This document shows, in pieces, positions 62,101 through 64,000 of a DNA stretch of 64,000 nt. The notes below the pieces were generated by a model, which had not been told where the DNA came from, did not search any database, and saw only the letters and a program-made list of their open reading frames with translations. The DNA comes from an uncultured Gemmatimonadales bacterium (lineage in GTDB: Bacteria > Gemmatimonadota > Gemmatimonadetes > Gemmatimonadales > GWC2-71-9). Every line of letters starts with the position of its first letter. Positions within the stretch are counted from its first letter, which is position 1. The stretch is taken from contig CAVZZO010000001.1 in NCBI GenBank assembly GCA_963779755.1, positions 1,312,001-1,376,000 of the forward strand, given 5' to 3'. A program made the translations under genes and the position numbers.

Positions 62101-62251
62101 TGGCGGGGGAAAGAGCGGGCTCACCATGCTCGCCGGCCGGCCGACCTCGCCCGCCGGGGTGACCGACCTGGAAGCGCTGGCCAACTACCTGCGCCGGTTG
62201 CCGCAGCCGGTGTCGCCGTCGGACGACGCCCGCTTCATTCTCCGTCACTGA
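59124..62251 (+). CDS. Tandem 2',3'-cyclic phosphodiesterase / 5'-nucleotidase (YfkN-like), frameshift near 62105-62113
   Basis: Two catalytic sets (TTDVHG, DAGD, GNHEY; LNDFHG, DAGD, GNHDFD), each with a 5'-nucleotidase C-domain; alternative frame ...TDLEALANYLRRLPQPV...H* ends at 62251. Confidence 0.88.
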
Positions 62252-62257
62252 TTGCGC

Positions 62258-62491
62258 ATGCGAGTGTTCGTGAATGAACGCCCGGTGGAGATCGACCGGG
62301 ATCAGGATGTGCTGCATGCCGTCCGTGCGCTGGACCCGGCGCTGGCGGCCCGGCTGGGCGAGCCCGGGGTCTTCGTCACCGACGGCCGCGGGGTCCGGAT
62401 CGAGCCCGGCGACCGGCTGAGTCCCGGTGCCATTCTCCGGGTCGTGGTCTCGGCCCGCCGGGGGAGCGAGGAGCCCGATGCTGACGCGTGA
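62258..62491 (+). CDS. Small hypothetical protein, possible beta-grasp fold
   Basis: MRVFVNERPVEI...TDGRG...LSPGAILRVV; fills the gap between nucleotidase and add, overlapping the add start. Confidence 0.7.
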   Translation: MRVFVNERPVEIDRDQDVLHAVRALDPALAARLGEPGVFVTDGRGVRIEPGDRLSPGAILRVVVSARRGSEEPDADA

Positions 62492-63503
62492 GCTGCTCGC
62501 CCGCATGCCCAAGGCGGAGCTGCACGTGCACCTCGACGGTTCTCTGCGGCCCGGGACCCTGCTCGAGCTGGCCCGGGCCGCCGGGGTCGACCTGCCCGCC
62601 ACCGAGCCCGAGGCGCTCCGGCGCTACATGCTGGTGGACGACGCGCGCGACCTGGAGGATTATCTCCGCCGCTTCGAGATCACCATCGCGGTGCTGCAGA
62701 CGCCTGAGGCGATCGAGCGGGTCGCCTACGAAATGGTCGAGGACGCCGCCCGGGACAACGTGCACCGGCTGGAGGTGCGCTACTGCCCCCGGCTCAGCAC
62801 CCGCGGCGGGCTTACCATCCGCCAGGCCCTGGGGGCGGAGCATCGCGGCCTGGCCCGGGGCGAGCGCGACTTCGGCGTCAGCACCGGGATCATCAACTGT
62901 TCGCTGCGGCACTATGACCCGGCGGTGTCGCTCGCGATCGCCGAGGCCTCGGTCGCTTCCCGCGACCTGGGCGTGGTGGCGTTCGATCTGGCGGGCGGCG
63001 AAGCCGGCCGGCCGCCCGGCGTCCACGCGCAGGCGTTCGATGCGGCGGCGGAAGGCAACCTGCGCATCACCGTTCATGCCGGCGAAGCGGCCGGCCCCGA
63101 CTCCATTCGCGAGGCCATCCACCGCTGTCACGCCGAGCGTATCGGACACGGGACCCGGCTGGGAGAAGATCCCGACCTGGAGAACTACGTCCGTGACCGG
63201 CAGATCCCGCTGGAGATCAACATCTCCAGCAACCTGCAGACCCGGGTGGTGGCCCGGCCGGCGGAGCACCCGGTCCGGCGCTTCTACGACGCCGGCATCC
63301 CGGTAACGCTCTGCACCGACAGCTGGCTGATGAGCGGCACCTCTCTCACCGATGAGTACTGGATGGCGCACACCGAGCTCGGCTTCGGCCGGGAGGAGAT
63401 CGAGCGGATGATCCTGAACGGCTTCGCGGCGGCGTTCCTCTCCTGGCCGGCCAAACAGGACCTGATGGGCCGGGTCCGTGCCGAACTGGCGGCGCTCCCG
63501 TGA
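62478..63503 (+). CDS. add: Adenosine deaminase
   Basis: PKAELHVHLDGS; DLAGGE; TVHAGE; RIGHG; SSN; TD. Confidence 0.93.
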   Translation: MLTRELLARMPKAELHVHLDGSLRPGTLLELARAAGVDLPATEPEALRRYMLVDDARDLEDYLRRFEITIAVLQTPEAIERVAYEMVEDAARDNVHRLEVRYCPRLSTRGGLTIRQALGAEHRGLARGERDFGVSTGIINCSLRHYDPAVSLAIAEASVASRDLGVVAFDLAGGEAGRPPGVHAQAFDAAAEGNLRITVHAGEAAGPDSIREAIHRCHAERIGHGTRLGEDPDLENYVRDRQIPLEINISSNLQTRVVARPAEHPVRRFYDAGIPVTLCTDSWLMSGTSLTDEYWMAHTELGFGREEIERMILNGFAAAFLSWPAKQDLMGRVRAELAALP

Positions 63504-64000
63504 CCACGCCCTTCCTGCTCCAGACCGCCGCCGAGCGCCTGGCGCAGGCGCACGCCGGGCTGCATACGCCGCTGCTGCAGCGGCTGGTGGGGATCCTGGG
63601 CATCGTGACCATGATCGCCATCGCCTGGCTCCTGTCCTACGACCGCAAGCGCGTCAAGTGGCGGCTGGTGGCCTCCGGCCTTGCCCTCCAGCTGATCTTC
63701 GGCTTCCTGGTTCTGAAGACCGGAGTGGGCCGGGACGTGTTCGCCTTCGCGGGCCGGGTGGTGACCGGGTTGCTCGCGTTCCAGGAGCAGGGCGCCCGGT
63801 TCGTCTTCGGCAACCTGGTGCAGAACACGGTGCCGGTCGGCGTGCCGGGCGTCAACGGCGCGCTGGACAGCAGCGCCGGGCTGGTGGCCAGTACCGGCGC
63901 CTATTTCGCGTTCAATGTCCTGCCCACCATCATCTTCTTTTCGTCCCTCATGTCGGTCCTCTACTACCTGAACGTCATGCAGGTGGTGGTGAAGGGGATC
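63500..64000 (+). CDS. NupC/CNT-family nucleoside transporter (5' part, runs off window)
   Basis: GTGA overlap; manual translation AWLLSYDRKRVKWRLV...GARFVFG...FAFNVLPTIIFFSSLMSVLYYL. Confidence 0.92.
   Translation, partial: MTTPFLLQTAAERLAQAHAGLHTPLLQRLVGILGIVTMIAIAWLLSYDRKRVKWRLVASGLALQLIFGFLVLKTGVGRDVFAFAGRVVTGLLAFQEQGARFVFGNLVQNTVPVGVPGVNGALDSSAGLVASTGAYFAFNVLPTIIFFSSLMSVLYYLNVMQVVVKGI

Overview
High-GC bacterial chromosome segment; gene content and style are consistent with Gemmatimonadota (inference). In order: clpX (partial)-clpP-tig; a response regulator; a twin-CDGSH protein; tRNA-Leu(TAG); a LacI-regulated glycan-utilisation locus (TonB receptor, glycoamylase/GH144-like enzyme, sugar ABC, discoidin-domain hydrolase, GH1); two phosphoesterases; hutUI; degP; dnaK; a stress cluster with Ku; deoC plus a double-domain aldehyde dehydrogenase; a K+ channel; a large Pho/Pst operon; and a nucleotide-salvage operon. 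The most unusual region is 37179-46266. Two short peptides not called as such by the ORF track (52 and 55 aa) share a leader ending ELEERIAP followed by unrelated short tails, and a third, degenerate leader copy follows. They sit upstream of a translationally coupled GAF-GAF-HlyD / HlyD / RRE-like-M50 peptidase-HlyD operon with no ABC ATPase and no tailoring enzymes. Divergent from it is an AfsR-like (wHTH-BTAD-AAA) regulator, with phased heptamer repeats in the shared promoter region, and a Ser/Thr kinase appended to the Pho operon converges on it. This looks like a peptide maturation/export or signalling system. Also notable: inverted microsatellite hairpins at gene ends, Pho-box-like 11-bp-phased repeats, and several frameshifts that are probably assembly indels. 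All family assignments come from motif recognition by eye; no database searches were run.
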